Shown here: piece by piece, positions 28,901-43,098 of the stretch
Numbering within the stretch: the first letter of the stretch is position 1
Layout: each line of letters opens with the position of its first letter
Assembly (NCBI GenBank): GCA_964016885.1
Contig: OZ024742.1
Location: forward strand, 79,298,001 to 79,362,000
DNA length: 64,000 bases
Source: Eledone cirrhosa
Taxonomy: Eukaryota
Direction of reading: 5' to 3'
Notes under the pieces: model-generated
Database searches by the model: none
Seen by the model: the letters and a program-made list of their open reading frames with translations, nothing else
Told to the model about the DNA's origin: nothing
Made by a program: the position numbers and the translations under genes

Positions 28901-29360
28901 CTACAGACATGGGCGCCCGGGCAGGGACCCTGCAAAAAAGATCTGTCCGAGGTGCGTGCGAGACGAAGAAACCGTCGCGCATGCATTCATACACTGCCCG
29001 GGCGTCACTGACCTGTGGGGCTATGTAGAACGACTATTGTCGCGGGTGGGACCAATCCAGTTGACCACAGAGTCCATTGTCATGATCAAACCGCCACCCT
29101 CCTTCAAAAACGAAGGAGAGGCGGTTTTCCTTGGTGTGATAGCTATGGCGAAAGAGGTTGTATGGTGGACAAGGTTGAAAGGGCTGAGGTCAGACACCTT
29201 TCTCTCCGGCCAACAACTGATTCTTTTTTTCAAATACCACTTTGGAAGAAGAATCAGGATGGAGAGAGAGGTGCTGTACCCGAGCAAGTTTTATGAAAGG
29301 TGGGTGAAAGTGGCGAGAATGGCCCGAGTGAATGGGCCTTCTCTCTATATCAGCCTGTAG
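25911..29360 (+). pseudogene. ORF2: APE endonuclease, reverse transcriptase and C-terminal Cys/His motif (L1/Tx1)
   Basis: NVRSL, ICESR, VGDWN, SYLDRV, SDHK, YWKLN, KSPGLDGLPYEFY, NFRPITLLN, LDQSKAFDRVDH, RQGCPL, AYADD, GGLGMP, CPRC..ET..HAF.HC; stop at 27178 and frameshifts. Confidence 0.95.
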
Positions 29361-29597
29361 GTTGAGGAAAAGGAGGAGGAGAGGAAAGGAGTACAAGCTC
29401 TTCGTACTCCTGGAGATGAGGGTTGCACATTTTTTTCGGGGGTATGTGTTACCCATATAAACTGTCTCCCTCTATTGGGGAAAATCGACTAACTTTTTAA
29501 ATTCCATTTGTGATAACATTTTACACGTTTTTATTGTATGTAAACTTCCCCCTTTGTATTTGTCCCCTTCTTTTGTGCCCCTGTGGCTAATAAAGAA

Positions 29598-29643
<46 letters not shown>

Positions 29644-29680
29644 TTATCTATAATTATATATATATATGTAGTTATACTTC

Positions 29681-29715
<35 letters not shown>

Positions 29716-29793
29716 TAGGTAAGTATATATATATATATATATATATACCTACCTACCTATCTTCTTATCTATCTATCTATCTGTTTTACTTGA

Positions 29794-32700
29794 GACGTGT
29801 GCCAGTTCGCTGGTAAGTTTTTGCTGATTTTCTAAGTAAGAAATCAAAAATTTATTGTTAAATATGATACTATTTTATAGCTTGACCCACGCCTGGACTT
29901 TCAGATGGTGGGTCAAGTCATCTTCACCCCTCCCTGAGGTGAAATTTTCGTTTGAAAAAATTTCGTCGGTGAAAAAATTGTAAACAAATCTAGCATTCAG
30001 TCATGGACGCTGCGTTCAGTATTAGAAGTGGTGGAGAGGCGGTAAGAGTGTTAAGCTCGCAGTCACCTCCTCTCACCACCTCATTGAAAGACATCGAAAA
30101 TGTCGTCAGTTTTGAAAACACGATATCGGATGTTGATTGTAAGATCAACACTAACACAAACACCAATAACATGCAAAATATAAACAACAGCAACCAGAAC
30201 AACAACAACAACAACAACAATAATGACAACAAGACCAACAACAGCAACAATGATAACAACAAAACCACAAACAACAACAGCAACACGAACAACTCCACGA
30301 ACAAGGAAAAGATTTTCTTTGCTCAAATCGTCCAAAATACAGAACTGTTCACATACCTTGACATTTGGAATGCTAGGGAAATGATAAGCGATGAAAAACT
30401 TTTGGTGAGAGTGGTGCTTTCAGCATCACTTCTCCTCAACAATTACGCAGAGAAACTGTTCTAAAAACAGTAATTTTTAGGACGGTTTCAAATGTGTCGA
30501 AAAAACCAGTTCAATTATCCCAAAACGACATTTAACTGGTTCTGAAGAATTCCATGAAGGATATTGCCTTCATCCAAAAAGGAAAACTTTTTGGAAGCAT
30601 TTCGGTGTTGTTGAAAGACCAATTGACAGCACAAAATTATTCTGTATCGCCGATTGTGTCCCCCTCCCCTGTACACCTTTTCCCCCACATATATGGGAAA
30701 AAGGACACAAAAGATAAAAATTTCGACAAAGACACCATCATTTCAGTGGGAAAGTCCTCCAGAGGCACATTCAATGGTACAAGCATGGAAGTTCTGGTCC
30801 AAATGAGGCCAGAATGGATAGCTAAAATACCCTAACGTATGCCTCTAGATGGAATTTCGCACATAAACATCTCTGTTGAGGGTAGGCGGCCTTTATGTTA
30901 CCATTGTTTAAGCAGTGGTCACCTGAAGGCTTACTATCTTCAGTTAACTACAAAAAATAGGCACTACTGCCAACACCCAAAACAACAACACAACAACCAC
31001 CACCAGCACCACCACCACAACAACAACAACAACAACACGCAAACATAACGAAAACAAAAACAACAAATCAACCTGCAAGCACAGTCCCACCCAACCCCAC
31101 TCCCCCTAAAACAACTGCAAAAACACCCACAAACACACCAGCTCCCCAAAACATACCCCTTCCAAATAACACAGACACCACAACGGATGAGGCCCCCTCA
31201 TCATCACCAAGTGACGATGAGGAAGAGCCTCTCCGTTCGAAAAGAAAGAAGAAAAGACACCACAAGAACAAAAAAACACAAACATCACTACAAACATACA
31301 ACCATACAACACAAACATACAACATACAACACAAACATTACAAACAAAACCCTCCCGTCCCGAAAACAAAACCACGACATCACTCCAAACACAAACATCT
31401 ACAACAAAACGAAAGCTCCCACAAGAACAACAGACAAAAACCACCGCAACACAATAAGAACATTACACATACATAAACAGTAAAAACAAAACTTTAATGG
31501 AGGTCATCTCCGACGACCCTTCGGTTTTCGAACTGTGTAGACAAACCTAATTTAAAGATGATTAGGGTCCCTACGGACACCTATAAGTCTTTAAAGGAAA
31601 ACTTTCCTAAGGACGTGGGTAATCCTTGTGTTAAACCCATTAACCGCGTCCTTTTAAAAAAGTTTCCCTACCCTCACCCAGACACACACACCTCAGACAC
31701 CCCTCCCCACCAAACATTTCCGACCCCACCACACCGGAAACCACCACCCACACAGACCACCCCTCCAACACCCCCATGGAAATCGTGCGGCCTGATCCCC
31801 GGGAGACGAAGAGGTGAGTGTTTTCTTCTCTTCTTTTAACTTTTCAGAACCAACATGGCCAATATAAGAGTTGGATGTGTGAATGTACGCAGCCTGGGGA
31901 TGCCCTGGAAACAGGGCAAACTCTTAAACGACCTCAGGTCGCACAGTATGGATGTAGTAGCCATTTGCGAGTCCAGGATCCACAGCGAGCGACAGCTGAC
32001 CCCCATCTTCGATGACTTTGAGATCTACACATCTCTCTGTCAGCCGGGGGTGGGGGCGGGGTTGCCGTTTTGCTGCGGAAACACCTGGGCCTCGTAACAC
32101 AGACAGTACATCTGGACCCGGAAGGTCGACTGGTGGTCCTAGACGTTGACGGTAGTGAAGGTGGAGCCTTCAGGCTGGGACACCGCGGCCAGACTTCTTC
32201 AAACGTCTAGAGACTTTTCTGGGAACGTCCCGCTTCTTGCTTTTAGTGGGGTACTGGAATGGAATCCTAGATGCACGTTGGGACTATGTTGGAGCATGTC
32301 CGATAAAGGAGGGTGTAACAGCCTCAAACAGTTAATCGGCCGATTTGCCCTAGCCGATAGATATCGACTAGATTTTCCGACTGTGCCACTGTGGACGTGG
32401 ACTAATCGCACCGGAACATCTAGATCATACCTAGATAGGGTTCTAGTTAGAAATAAGGATAGGGACATGTTAAGCTGTCCACAAATGTTCATGGTTGCCT
32501 ATTCAGATCACAAACTAGTGACCTGCATGGCCAACCTTGATAGAACCCATAGACAAGGACCCGGCTACTGGAAGCTGAACTTGTCGTTACCGACAAGCAA
32601 AGCCTACAGTAGACGGATTAGCACTTTAGTTAAACAGCAGTTGACAGGGGCCATTGTCAACGGTGGTACTCTCTCAAGAGGGCAGTTAGATTAGACTCGT

Positions 32701-34510
32701 TAGTTTTTATCCACAATCCCGACCAGGTCCATACACGACAACCTCCACCTAATGCGATACATCATAGAGATGGTAGGGTGTAAACCCGGCATCGGTGGGG
32801 CCCTGATCAACTTGGATCAGTCTAAGGCTTTCGATAGGGTTGACCATCGTTACCAGGATGCGGTGCTCGAGGCGGCAGACTTCGCACCCGTGTTCAGGGG
32901 CTGGATTACTGCAATGCACAACAGCAACATCTGCTCAAGGGTCAAGATGAACGGCTACCTCTCGGAGTCGTTCCATATCATGCGATCCATTCGACAGGGA
33001 TGCCCTCTCTCTCCTCCCTTCTGTACGTACTGACTCTCGAGCCCCTACTGCGGAAGTTGGAGCTATTGCAGGGCATCCCTCTGGAACCTGGACTGCGCAA
33101 AGCGGCGTCGGCCTACGCCGACGACGTGACAGTAATGGTGTCGAGCACCTCGCAAATCGAGGAAGTCGTCACATTACTGAAGGAATACGAAAGGTTCACA
33201 GAAGCGAGGCTGAATCGGGACAAGCCCATCGGTTTGCAACTCGGATCGTGGAGAGGCAAACCGATGCCTTCCGATGGCGTCGTCGGACGCTGGAGGGTAG
33301 GACCGGTAAAGCTGCTCGGGGTCTGGTTTGGTCCGGACCCCCAGGTGGAGAAGAACTGGAACGAGGTGACGGCCAAGGTGTTTGCTCTCACCCAGAAGTG
33401 GGCCGAGTGCAAACTATTCTTGAAAGGTCGAGCGGAGGTGGCGAACACTTTTATAGCGTCCGCCATCTACTACCGCTTGACCATCGTGCCTTGTCCAGCC
33501 AAAATGCTCACCAAAAATGGAGCGTGCTCTTCCAATTCCCTTGGAAGAGGCGGCCTCCTTTGGTGAGAAGATCTATCTGCTGCCAACACCCGCGTCTAGC
33601 TGACCGAGCTGCAGTCCTGGGTCAATCAAAGACCGAGAAAAATGGGCGACTGGCACATCAAATGTGCTCAGGCGCTCACAGCCCTCTGGCAGGCGGACCC
33701 GGCGATCAGTGGAGACTCCACTTCGTCATTCTATAGAGGGTTGATCCGTAGCAAGTGCGACGACGCGCTCGGTGAAACTCTAGGCGTAGAGGAAGACGAA
33801 CTGGCCAGTCTGTTCGGTAGGACCTTCCGCCCGGGACCGATGGACAACTTCCAAAAGTCCCTGGCCTGGCAGTGCTACCGAGGAGCTCTACCAGTTCTAG
33901 ACAAGTTCTACAGACATGGGCGCCCGGGCAGGGACCCTTCGAAAGAGATCTGTCCGGGGTGCGTGCGAGACGAAGAAACCGTCGCGCACGCATTCATACA
34001 CTGCCCGGGCGTTACCGACCAGTGGGGCTATGTAGAACGACTATTGTCGCGGGTGGGACCAATCTGGTTGACCACCGAGTCCATTGTCATGATCAAACCG
34101 CCACCTTCCTTCAAAAACGAAGGAGTGGCGGTTTTCCTTTGTGTGATAGCTATGGCGAAAGAGGTTGTATGGTGGACAAGGTTGAAAGGGCTGAGGTCAG
34201 ACACCTTTCTCTCCGGCCAACAACTGATTCTTTTTTTCAAATACCACTTTGGAAGAAGAATCAGGATGGAGAGAGAGGTGCTGTACCCCAGCAAGTTTTA
34301 TGAAAGGTGGGTGAAAGTGGCGAGAATGGCCCGAGTGAATGGGCCTTCTCTCTATATCAGCCTGTAGGTTGAGGGAAAAGAGGAGGAGAGGAAAGGAGTA
34401 GAAACTGTTCGTACTCCTGGAGATGAGGGCTGCACATTTTTTTCGGGGGTATGTGTTACCCATATGTAATGTCTCCCCCTATTGGGGAAAATCGACTAAT
34501 TTTTAAATTC
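29794..34510 (+). mobile_element. L1/Tx1-type LINE copy 2, head-to-tail with copy 1; internal deletions and truncated 3' end
   Basis: Same 5' start AGACGTGTG; ORF1 remnants 30003-31817; ORF2 31855-34367 with an ~770-bp deletion at ~32710 (copy-1 equivalent ~26802-27571) and a smaller one at ~33590. Confidence 0.9.
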
Positions 34511-34916
34511 ATCGTCATTGTTTTTATTTCCGATACAATCTTTGTCTGATGTCTCTTTGAAAGAATTATGCACTGATTTTGTGTGACCATAACGAGTAGA
34601 AAGGAATCTGGATGGAATTGCGGTCTGTGAAATGCGACGATAGCCTCAAATGATAGAATTTTTTTCCATTCGCCATACTTAGAATGGGAGAGTCGACATA
34701 ATACAGTTCCACTCCGACTGCATTGTCTAAAAATGTTCCCAAAATGTTTCTAAATATTTCAACATCAGTCGCTTGAAATTTTCTCCACTTACCATACTTA
34801 GAATGTGTACATGCACACATAAATAACTTCACGTGTACATGCACACATGAATACATACATACTTAGACACATACATGCATGCATGCATACATACAAACAT
34901 ACATACATACATAAAT

Positions 34917-35258
34917 GCTTTTGCAGGCATAACAGACCAGATATAAGGATATAGGACTGGGAAAAGAAGGCATGCACAGTGGTGGACGTTAGCTGCCCAG
35001 CAGATGCCAATACAATATTAAAAATTAGCAAAAAGGAGAATATCTATGCAGAATTAATGAGAAATCTACAGATACTCCACCCTGACTATACCTTAGATTT
35101 ATACCTGTGAGGGGCATTGGGATATGTTAGTAACTGATATGTTAGTAACTGTAACTGCCTCAGTACAAATCATGAGAAGCTGGGCTTCACAGAAACAGAA
35201 AGAACACTAGTTAAACATTTACAAGTACAATCCATTAATGGAACAGTAAAAATATGTA
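34917..35258 (+). pseudogene. R4/Dong-like LINE restriction-like endonuclease (RLE) fragment
   Basis: HNRPDIRI*DWEKKACTVVDVSCPAD...KKENIYAELMRNLQ...FIPV.GALG; lies between TACA-rich repeats. Confidence 0.7.
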
Positions 35259-35522
35259 AAACATTCCCAAAATTCTGCATCTAATAACGCCATGTACACA
35301 TGTACATATACAAAGCATATGTACATGCACACATAACTCAAGACATACGTCTCCTCACATACAATAACATCCATACCTGCACGCACATGCATGCAGACAT
35401 GCATACATATCTACCTAGTTGATGTTGTGTAAATTCCAATGAGAGAGTCTTCTAATCTATTTTACAAACCGACTCTCCCTCTATTCGTAAACAAATTGTG
35501 AAATTAAAAAAACCCCAAAGAA

Positions 35523-37590
35523 CATACATACATACATACATAATATATACATGCTTACACAATATCAGCTACCTCGCGCTCGAGTATAGCCATCGTGGGA
35601 ATTTTCAAATATGCTTCTGCATGTGTGTAACACGGAAGTGAGACTTTAGGCTAGCAAATGTCTTACATTCTCTGGTACAGATGTTACAGACATGGCCTTT
35701 GGCAACCAGAATCAATGTCTGGCTGCCATGTACTTCCATGTGCCGCCCCAGGTTTATTGTTGATTGGCAGACTTTACCACATTGATGTTTTACTATGCGC
35801 ACCATCATAATCTGCATCAGCCCCTTTTTGCATGGTTCCTCTGTGACTCTTTAATCCAGCTTTGCTGAGGCAGGTTCTTCAACACTCATTACATGTCAGC
35901 TCTCCTTGGTCTCCCACATTTCCTGGCAAATTCCCTTTCAAGCTCTTCTTTATATACCTTTTCAACGATTTCATAATTTCTTCGGGCCGTTTGAAAGTGT
36001 ACTTTCCCTTCATATACAGGTTCCCTTCATAGCGTTCGACCATTGGCAGCTTTATGCCAGTCTTCATCAAATAAGTTTTCACAAAGTCCTTGACCCTCAT
36101 CGTAGGTTTGCCATTCTTCAGCTCACCAAAATGGAATTGTTTGAGTAAACTACTGTCCTCCATTCTCACTACATGTCTTACCCATCGGAGACGGTGGTGC
36201 AAGATAATCGACTCGATTTTTGACAGAGACTTCTTTCAAGGACCTCAACATCACTCACATACATCCTTCCGGGTAGACTAAAAATTCGACTAAGACACTG
36301 CTAATGAAAGGGCTCTTTAGATGCTTCCGGTAAGTATACCCATCTCACAAGCGTACACTAGAAATGGCAATACAAATGTCCCGTAGACCTTAACTTTAGT
36401 ATCAATAGAGATACTTCACTGTAGCCATAGTCGCTTTTCTAAATTCCAAAAGGCATCACAAGCTTTGCTGATTCTTGATGATATTTCATTGCAAGGGTGC
36501 ACGGTACACTCAAGTTACTGCCAATATACATAAACATGTCCACCACTAGGAGTTTCTGATCATACACTCTTATGTCTGGTTTTGCGTACCATTTTCTTGC
36601 TGCTGGTAGCAGTCTTTTTGAAACTGATTGTTAAGTCAAGCGCAGAAGCCGCCCGGTTGAAGGAGTCCATTAAGTGCTGCATATGTTCCTGTTGCATGGG
36701 CGAAGAGATCGCAGTCTCTACGTACAGAAATTCTCTCAACATTGAGTAGATGACATTCGTATTGACACCAAAGTGTCTTATGTTGAAAAGCTTCCCAGTT
36801 GTACGAAGCCTGATGTATATTCCATGTCAAAAGTCTTTAAATGCTATTTAAAATATCACTGTAAAAACAGTGAAATCAGTATTGGCACTGTTATGCTGCC
36901 TTGTTTGACGCCATTCCTTACAGCAATAGGTTCTGACACACTTCCATCAATATTCACTTTGGCTTTCATTTCATCATGAAATTGACACAGGATTGCCAAA
37001 AATTTGTCCTTGCAGTCAATGTTTCCAAGTGTTTTCCAAAGAGTTTCTATATTAACTGTGTGAAATATCTTTCTCAGGTCAGTGAACACTTGTAAAAAAT
37101 CTACTCTGTCCCTTAACCTTTTCCTGAATCTGTCTAACTGAAAATATTATGTGCCTCTGTCTTGTCTAAAACAACAATGAGATTCTGAAACAACATTGTC
37201 AGTAATATGTTACATAAGTCTGTCAAGCATAACGCTACACAAAACCCTTCCAGCCACCGAGAAGAGTGCTACTCCTCTATAGTTTCCACAGTCATCCTTT
37301 CAACCCATTCCCTTGTACAGGACAAACTTTAGAGCATCCTTCCAGTTCTCTGATACTGTCTCTTCTGCTCAAACTTTCTGTATCAAGGAAGCACGGTAAC
37401 GCATTACGTTTTCACTTTCACACTTAAAGAATGATGCAAACAAGACTTCCATAGCGAGAGACATTCTACTGTTAAGTTTCTGATCAGCGGTCTCGATTTC
37501 TTCCTTTGAAGGAACCTCTACTAGAGCATCATAGACGGGTCGGCATCGTATTGACTCAAGAAACTTCTCATCGATTTCTGAAAACTGATG
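35523..37590 (-). mobile_element. 5'-truncated RTE (BovB-like) LINE with C-terminal C2H2 fingers and (TATG)n tail
   Basis: NYRGVALFSVAGR, FTDLRKIFHTVN..LW, NGVKQG, RLRWVRHVVRMED, CGKVC..HMEVH, CNICTRECK..LKSH. Confidence 0.85.
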
Positions 37591-39872
37591 AAGGTACGTA
37601 GACCTTGTAAATGAGGTTATACAACAGCTTTGTGTTGTTGGTTTTATAGATAGATTGAATTTCGTTAACCTCGGTGCTCCACCATATCTCTTGTATGTTT
37701 CTCAACCGTTGTTGGAAACGAGATTTGTGTGTTTTATTTGTTCAGTGGCAAAGCGGACACCATTAAGCAACACACATACACATGCACACATTCTCTCTCT
37801 CCCTCGTTCAAAGGAACATGATACACACAGATATACTTAAATATATGTAAATAACAGACACTAAAATGACGTAAATACAGTTGTAGTGGAAATCATTGAA
37901 AGACCGCTGGTGTTTCTTGAAAAGAAATTGACTAATACAGAATTTAATATTTAATCATTCATAAAGAAAAAGAAAGCAACATTGCCGCAAGCTATACATG
38001 GGAGGAAAATGTAGAAGAGAGCAAGAGTTATTAAGCAACGAAAGAAAGAAAGGTGGAAGGGGAGAGGGTGAAACTCTCTACACCTAAGTCAGAGTTGTGT
38101 TTTGGCTACGCCCCACAGACAAAATGGCAAAGACATTGCCGTGGACAATGGCCAGCGACACCCGCTGCAACAGGCATCCCACCTCACGGGTCTCCTTCCT
38201 CAGACAAACTGCTGTCATCCCGATATAATTAGATTAGTGATAAAAATGTGAACTACAGTCTGAGTATAGATTATTACTGAAAGTATGATCCACCAGATTT
38301 GTATACACTACACTTCCAGTGTGGCTTCGTTCAGGAGGAAAATACGGGAGACACGCGTAATACCGCGAAAGTCACTAGAAAAATCCCACTCTCCCTATAT
38401 GGTTTCCAGAAATTCTATTTCTGATTTGCTCTTGTAAAATATAATGCAAGATGTACCAACATGTAAAATTTTGTTGACACGCGTGCCAAAGTAGTATTTT
38501 GCCATGTTCATTTACATACACATGTAAATGCACACATATTTGTACATGTTCACGATGCATGATGGCTGGGGATTCTCCTAAATTCATGGTTTTCTACGGT
38601 AGCTGATTGCATACCCCCTCCACATATAACATGTCTACAATTCCCCCCTACATTTCTTACCCAGACCATCACCCATGTGGATTTCACTCATGCTCATATT
38701 TCTCCAGCAGCTGGCAATTTTCAGGTGTTCAAGAATAACATAAGCCACGTCAATGCACCCCCCCCCCCACACACACAGACGCACACACACAAACACGCAC
38801 ATACACGCGCAAATGACACATATACACACACACATACACCCACCCCACACATATATACATATATGTATATATATATATATATATATATAAACACAACAGA
38901 GGTTTCTGCACAGTTTTCGTGTACCAAATTTATCTGATGAGTCTTTGGCCGAGCTCTGTCTACGGTGGGAGAAACTTTTCTTGGATTCTGCACTGTGAGA
39001 TTAAACTAGGATTTCGGTAATTGCAAAGCTTAGCACTTTAAACACACGGTAATATACATAAAACATGAAACTTTATTATAAAATTTCTGTCTAATGCTCA
39101 GTAAAATCCATTTTAATAAGGCTGTTTCGATTTTCTATATCAAAATTATTATAATTTAAAAAAAAAAACTTGCTTCTATTTGTTCAATATTTCAATCGCC
39201 GTAGTGGCGTACAATGCTATATGTTTGAAGGACAAGTCTGGTATCATTCATAGCTAAAGCTTGTACAAGATATTTCTCAAATTAGTTTCGATTACTTAAA
39301 CGTATTTTCACGTCCATTGCCGTTGAGGAATACTTGCCATTAGATTTGTAACAATTTTCTCATTCGTTTCATGTGGTTCGTTTAAATTCCCGAACAGGAA
39401 ATTATCTACACTTAATTTTAATGTCGCTAGCTTGAATCTTTTCCCGTGATAATCGGTGACGGACAGAAACGCGAAAGATATCCAAGGAAAGTTCTATGAG
39501 CATCTCATTCCTATCATTGACCTAATGAACTGATTGGTTTATCCTGAATATCGAATGTGACAGAAATAAGGATAAAATGGATTAGAGCGATTGATGAGAA
39601 TAAGCGAAGATAAGCTTGGGAACGCAATTGAATGGAGTTTTGAAAGTCGGAATCAGAAGATAGGTGATCAATTTACCATCTGCTACTGCGTGATGAACTG
39701 TGATATAGCTAGTATGGAGATTAAAAGTTGAAGTGAAGTGAAGATATTTCTGTAGTATATAAAGAAAACCAGAACCAAAACCAAAACCCAAAAGAATAAA
39801 ACAAAGCAACAGAGTTGAAATATGCTGAAGCTCTTTCCAACCAGGTGTTACCAACTAAGTATTAAATAATTA

Positions 39873-40013
<141 letters not shown>

Positions 40014-40104
40014 GGAAAGAGTCAGGACCCCGACGGGGCTGAGCTCCGGCCGTTTCGACAGCTAGATCCGAAAAGTTCGGATATATAAATATATGTGTGT
40101 GCGG

Positions 40105-40164
<60 letters not shown>

Positions 40165-40219
40165 GTATATATACACACACACACATATATATATACACAC
40201 ATATACATATATATATTAT

Positions 40220-40255
<36 letters not shown>

Positions 40256-43033
40256 TAGAGTGTGCCAGGAAAACCAAGGTCACAATACTAACGCTCCCTG
40301 TGTATTTTCCCATTATAAATGCCCCAATTGGTAAAATAAAACATATTTTGTATAAAATAAATTATTTTGAATCTTGCCTATATCATGGTGATTATAGTGG
40401 AAAGTGTGATTATGTTGCATGAAATCATGAAAATGTGAAACCAAATATGACCATACAATAATTGTTTATTTTATTAATCCATTATAATTAGTAAACCAGT
40501 TCTGAATATAAAGGCGTACAAGGAAGAAACAAGTTCAGTTAAGTTAACTCCAGTCATATTTTTTTCAGAGTTTCTTTTTTCAAATCCGGGACCTGGCGAC
40601 GATGAGCTTCGACTACTTGAAGAACACACTGCTTCTCCTCCTCATTCTTGCTGACGGCAACAAAATCAGTTATCAATTTGAGTGCTCTCTCCGCTAGATC
40701 GTTGACTACCTTGATATTGTGAACAACAGCACAGGCATTTTGATATGATGCTTGTGATAACCAAGTTGCAGGTGACAGCTCAAGCCAGGTATCGCCGAGA
40801 CCAAGGAGATCGAACAGAAGCCTTGATTTCTTCCCAACTAGATGAGGCAGCTTCGTGGACGACTTCAACTCGGGAAATACTGGAGCACCACGGTCAAGAG
40901 GCCCAGACGTTTTCGTTTTGACAAGACGTTGGGCTATTTGTTTCTTCTCGGACTCTTGGACCCGACTTGAAAACAGCGCTAACGGAATGGCTTCCTCCGT
41001 CAGGTACCAAAGATGCCTGCTCAGAGCAGTTGTGGCTGCCTGCGAGAGATCTATGTCAACCTTACTGTACTGTGTCAATGCCACGTAGAATTGAAGGTCA
41101 TTGGATGGTGCATCACCACACTAGACGGCTGTTAGCCAGTATAGCACGTAGAACAGAGCATTGAACATACAGAACCGGCGCAACTTTTCCATTTTAGCTT
41201 GATCGTAATTGATTCGCTCACCAAATGCATACATCTTTGCACTATAGATGATTGTGGACATCCACCGAGCGTTATAATGTGCACCAGGCAGCATCAAATG
41301 AATTCCACGAGGAGGGATGACACCAAGCAAGATCAACATCAACTCGGCACATTCTCGGTAGTCGTTCCGTGGAAGAGAACTCATTTTCCCATCGTCGGAT
41401 GTCAGCAAATTTTGGAGGAACTTGATGTTCTCAGAACACAGACGCTTGAGTCTCTGGTCGACAATGTTCAATGTTTTAAAGTCAGTCTTGTCCGTGAGTG
41501 ACACCCAATCTTTTTTGGACTCCTTGAACTCTGGGGGGCGGGGGGGGGTCTGGACTGGACATTGCTCAGGATAGTTGTTGCGACACTGCACACAAGATAC
41601 GCCGACAAGCAAAATAAAACACCTTTTTCTTGAGCATCTCTTCTAGTTTCACGCAGGCACCATTTTTCAATCCAGAATTCGAAGCAGTTGTGTCGAAGAC
41701 CAAGCCCACCACAAACCCATCAACATTCCAATCTTTAGCAAGATCAAATGATGCTTTGGCTTGGGTAGTTCCAGTGCCATCAGGAATTATTGGAACACCG
41801 AGGAGTTTACCTTCTCTGAAGTCCGGAGTTCCAGCAACTAGCACACCTAGCCTCTCGTGGTCACCAGGAATTATTTTGCCATCCCAATGCAAGGTAACAA
41901 AGTCTGGTACAGCAAATTGTTCCTTTATGTGTTCAGCCCCCACAGTTCTGATCTTCTTAGCTGCACGTCTGCTACTATTCTTGGAGAGAGTTGTGGCGTC
42001 TATGTCAGTCCCACCCTCAGAAATAATCGATAAATAATCCATAAATGCTGTTCTCTGGCCCAGTGTCAGGTTTAAACGATCATCTATTAGAGAAATTTTG
42101 GACTTTGAAATGGATTCTTTGGGAGTACCAGCTGGATTTTTCGTTTCTTGTCTGACTTTGAGCTGTCTCTGGGTGGGTTTGAGGCCTGAAATTCAGGATC
42201 CTGTTCATCTTCAGTTTCATCATTGGTTGAACTTGAATCACTCAGCTCATTACGTGGAAGTTGTGCTGCTTCAGATCCTGACAAACGCTTTCTATGGTTC
42301 TCTGACACTCGACGAGCCACAGAAACCTGATCACGCTTAAACTTTGAAGTTACCTTTTTCTGGAACCCCCTGTATTCAGCACCCAGAGATACTTTTTTCT
42401 GGCAACGCAGGGCTTTGAGAAATGTAGCATCTTCCATTTTCTGTTCATTATTACGAAGACGGTCTTTCAAAATGTTCTTTTCAGCATCAGTATGTGCAAT
42501 GTAGAAATACGAATCCAATTCAGAAATAAATAGTGCTTCCTTTTCTTTGTTTGACTTAGAACCTTTGTTTTTTTTGTAAATTTCTATATTCACTGTACAT
42601 GTTCATAATTTTCAGTCCCACTTTGTCTTTTCGTTGAGTCGCGACACCATCTTTTTCCCACTGACTAACTACTTCCATCACAAGCCTATCCGCAATAACA
42701 CCATTTAAGCTCACATGCTTTTCGTGTTTCATAGGACCATTTTTCAGGTAGAAGAAATATCCCCCTTTGTTGGTATTTTGTTTGGTGAAAAGGATGTAAC
42801 ATATTGCCCCAGGAGCCATATTTCTCGATCATCACAACGGAGCGAATAGCTACAACTAGGCCCACTGGTTTCCGCCATTATTCTGCCAATTTGCAATTAT
42901 TAGGCAAGGCTTAAATTAGTCTGAAATAATCAAAATTACATTATAAATTGATACTATACAAAATGGCACGAGAAAATGCACAGGGAGCTAAGAAAAAAAC
43001 ACTTTTGTGTAAAATGTGGGATTCTGGAACACC

Positions 43034-43036
<3 letters not shown>
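40256..43036 (-). mobile_element. hATm-like DNA transposon inserted in (TA)n
   Basis: TIRs TAGAGTGTGCCAG / CTGGAACACCCTA; subterminal inverted repeat GCTCCCTGTGTATTTTC / GAAAATGCACAGGGAGC. Confidence 0.85.
40554..42880 (-). pseudogene. hATm-type transposase, frameshifted
   Basis: LHWDGK, FDTTASNSG..GAC, ACRR(H), NDYRECAEL, ARWM..IY, RHLWYL.EE, VVNDLAERALKL. Confidence 0.85.

Positions 43037-43092
<56 letters not shown>

Positions 43093-43098
<6 letters not shown>

Larger units (their letters stand above)
23763..29598 (+). mobile_element. Full-length L1/Tx1-type non-LTR retrotransposon, copy 1, decayed
   Basis: 5'UTR, ORF1 with CCHC knuckle, ORF2 APE-RT-Zn finger, 3'UTR ending AATAAAGAAA; flanked on both sides by (TATC)n. 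Confidence 0.92.

Noticed and set aside
34540-34805. Short minus-strand ORF after LINE copy 2 with direct repeat CCATACTTAGAATG
   Set aside because: No identifiable family or motif; insufficient evidence.
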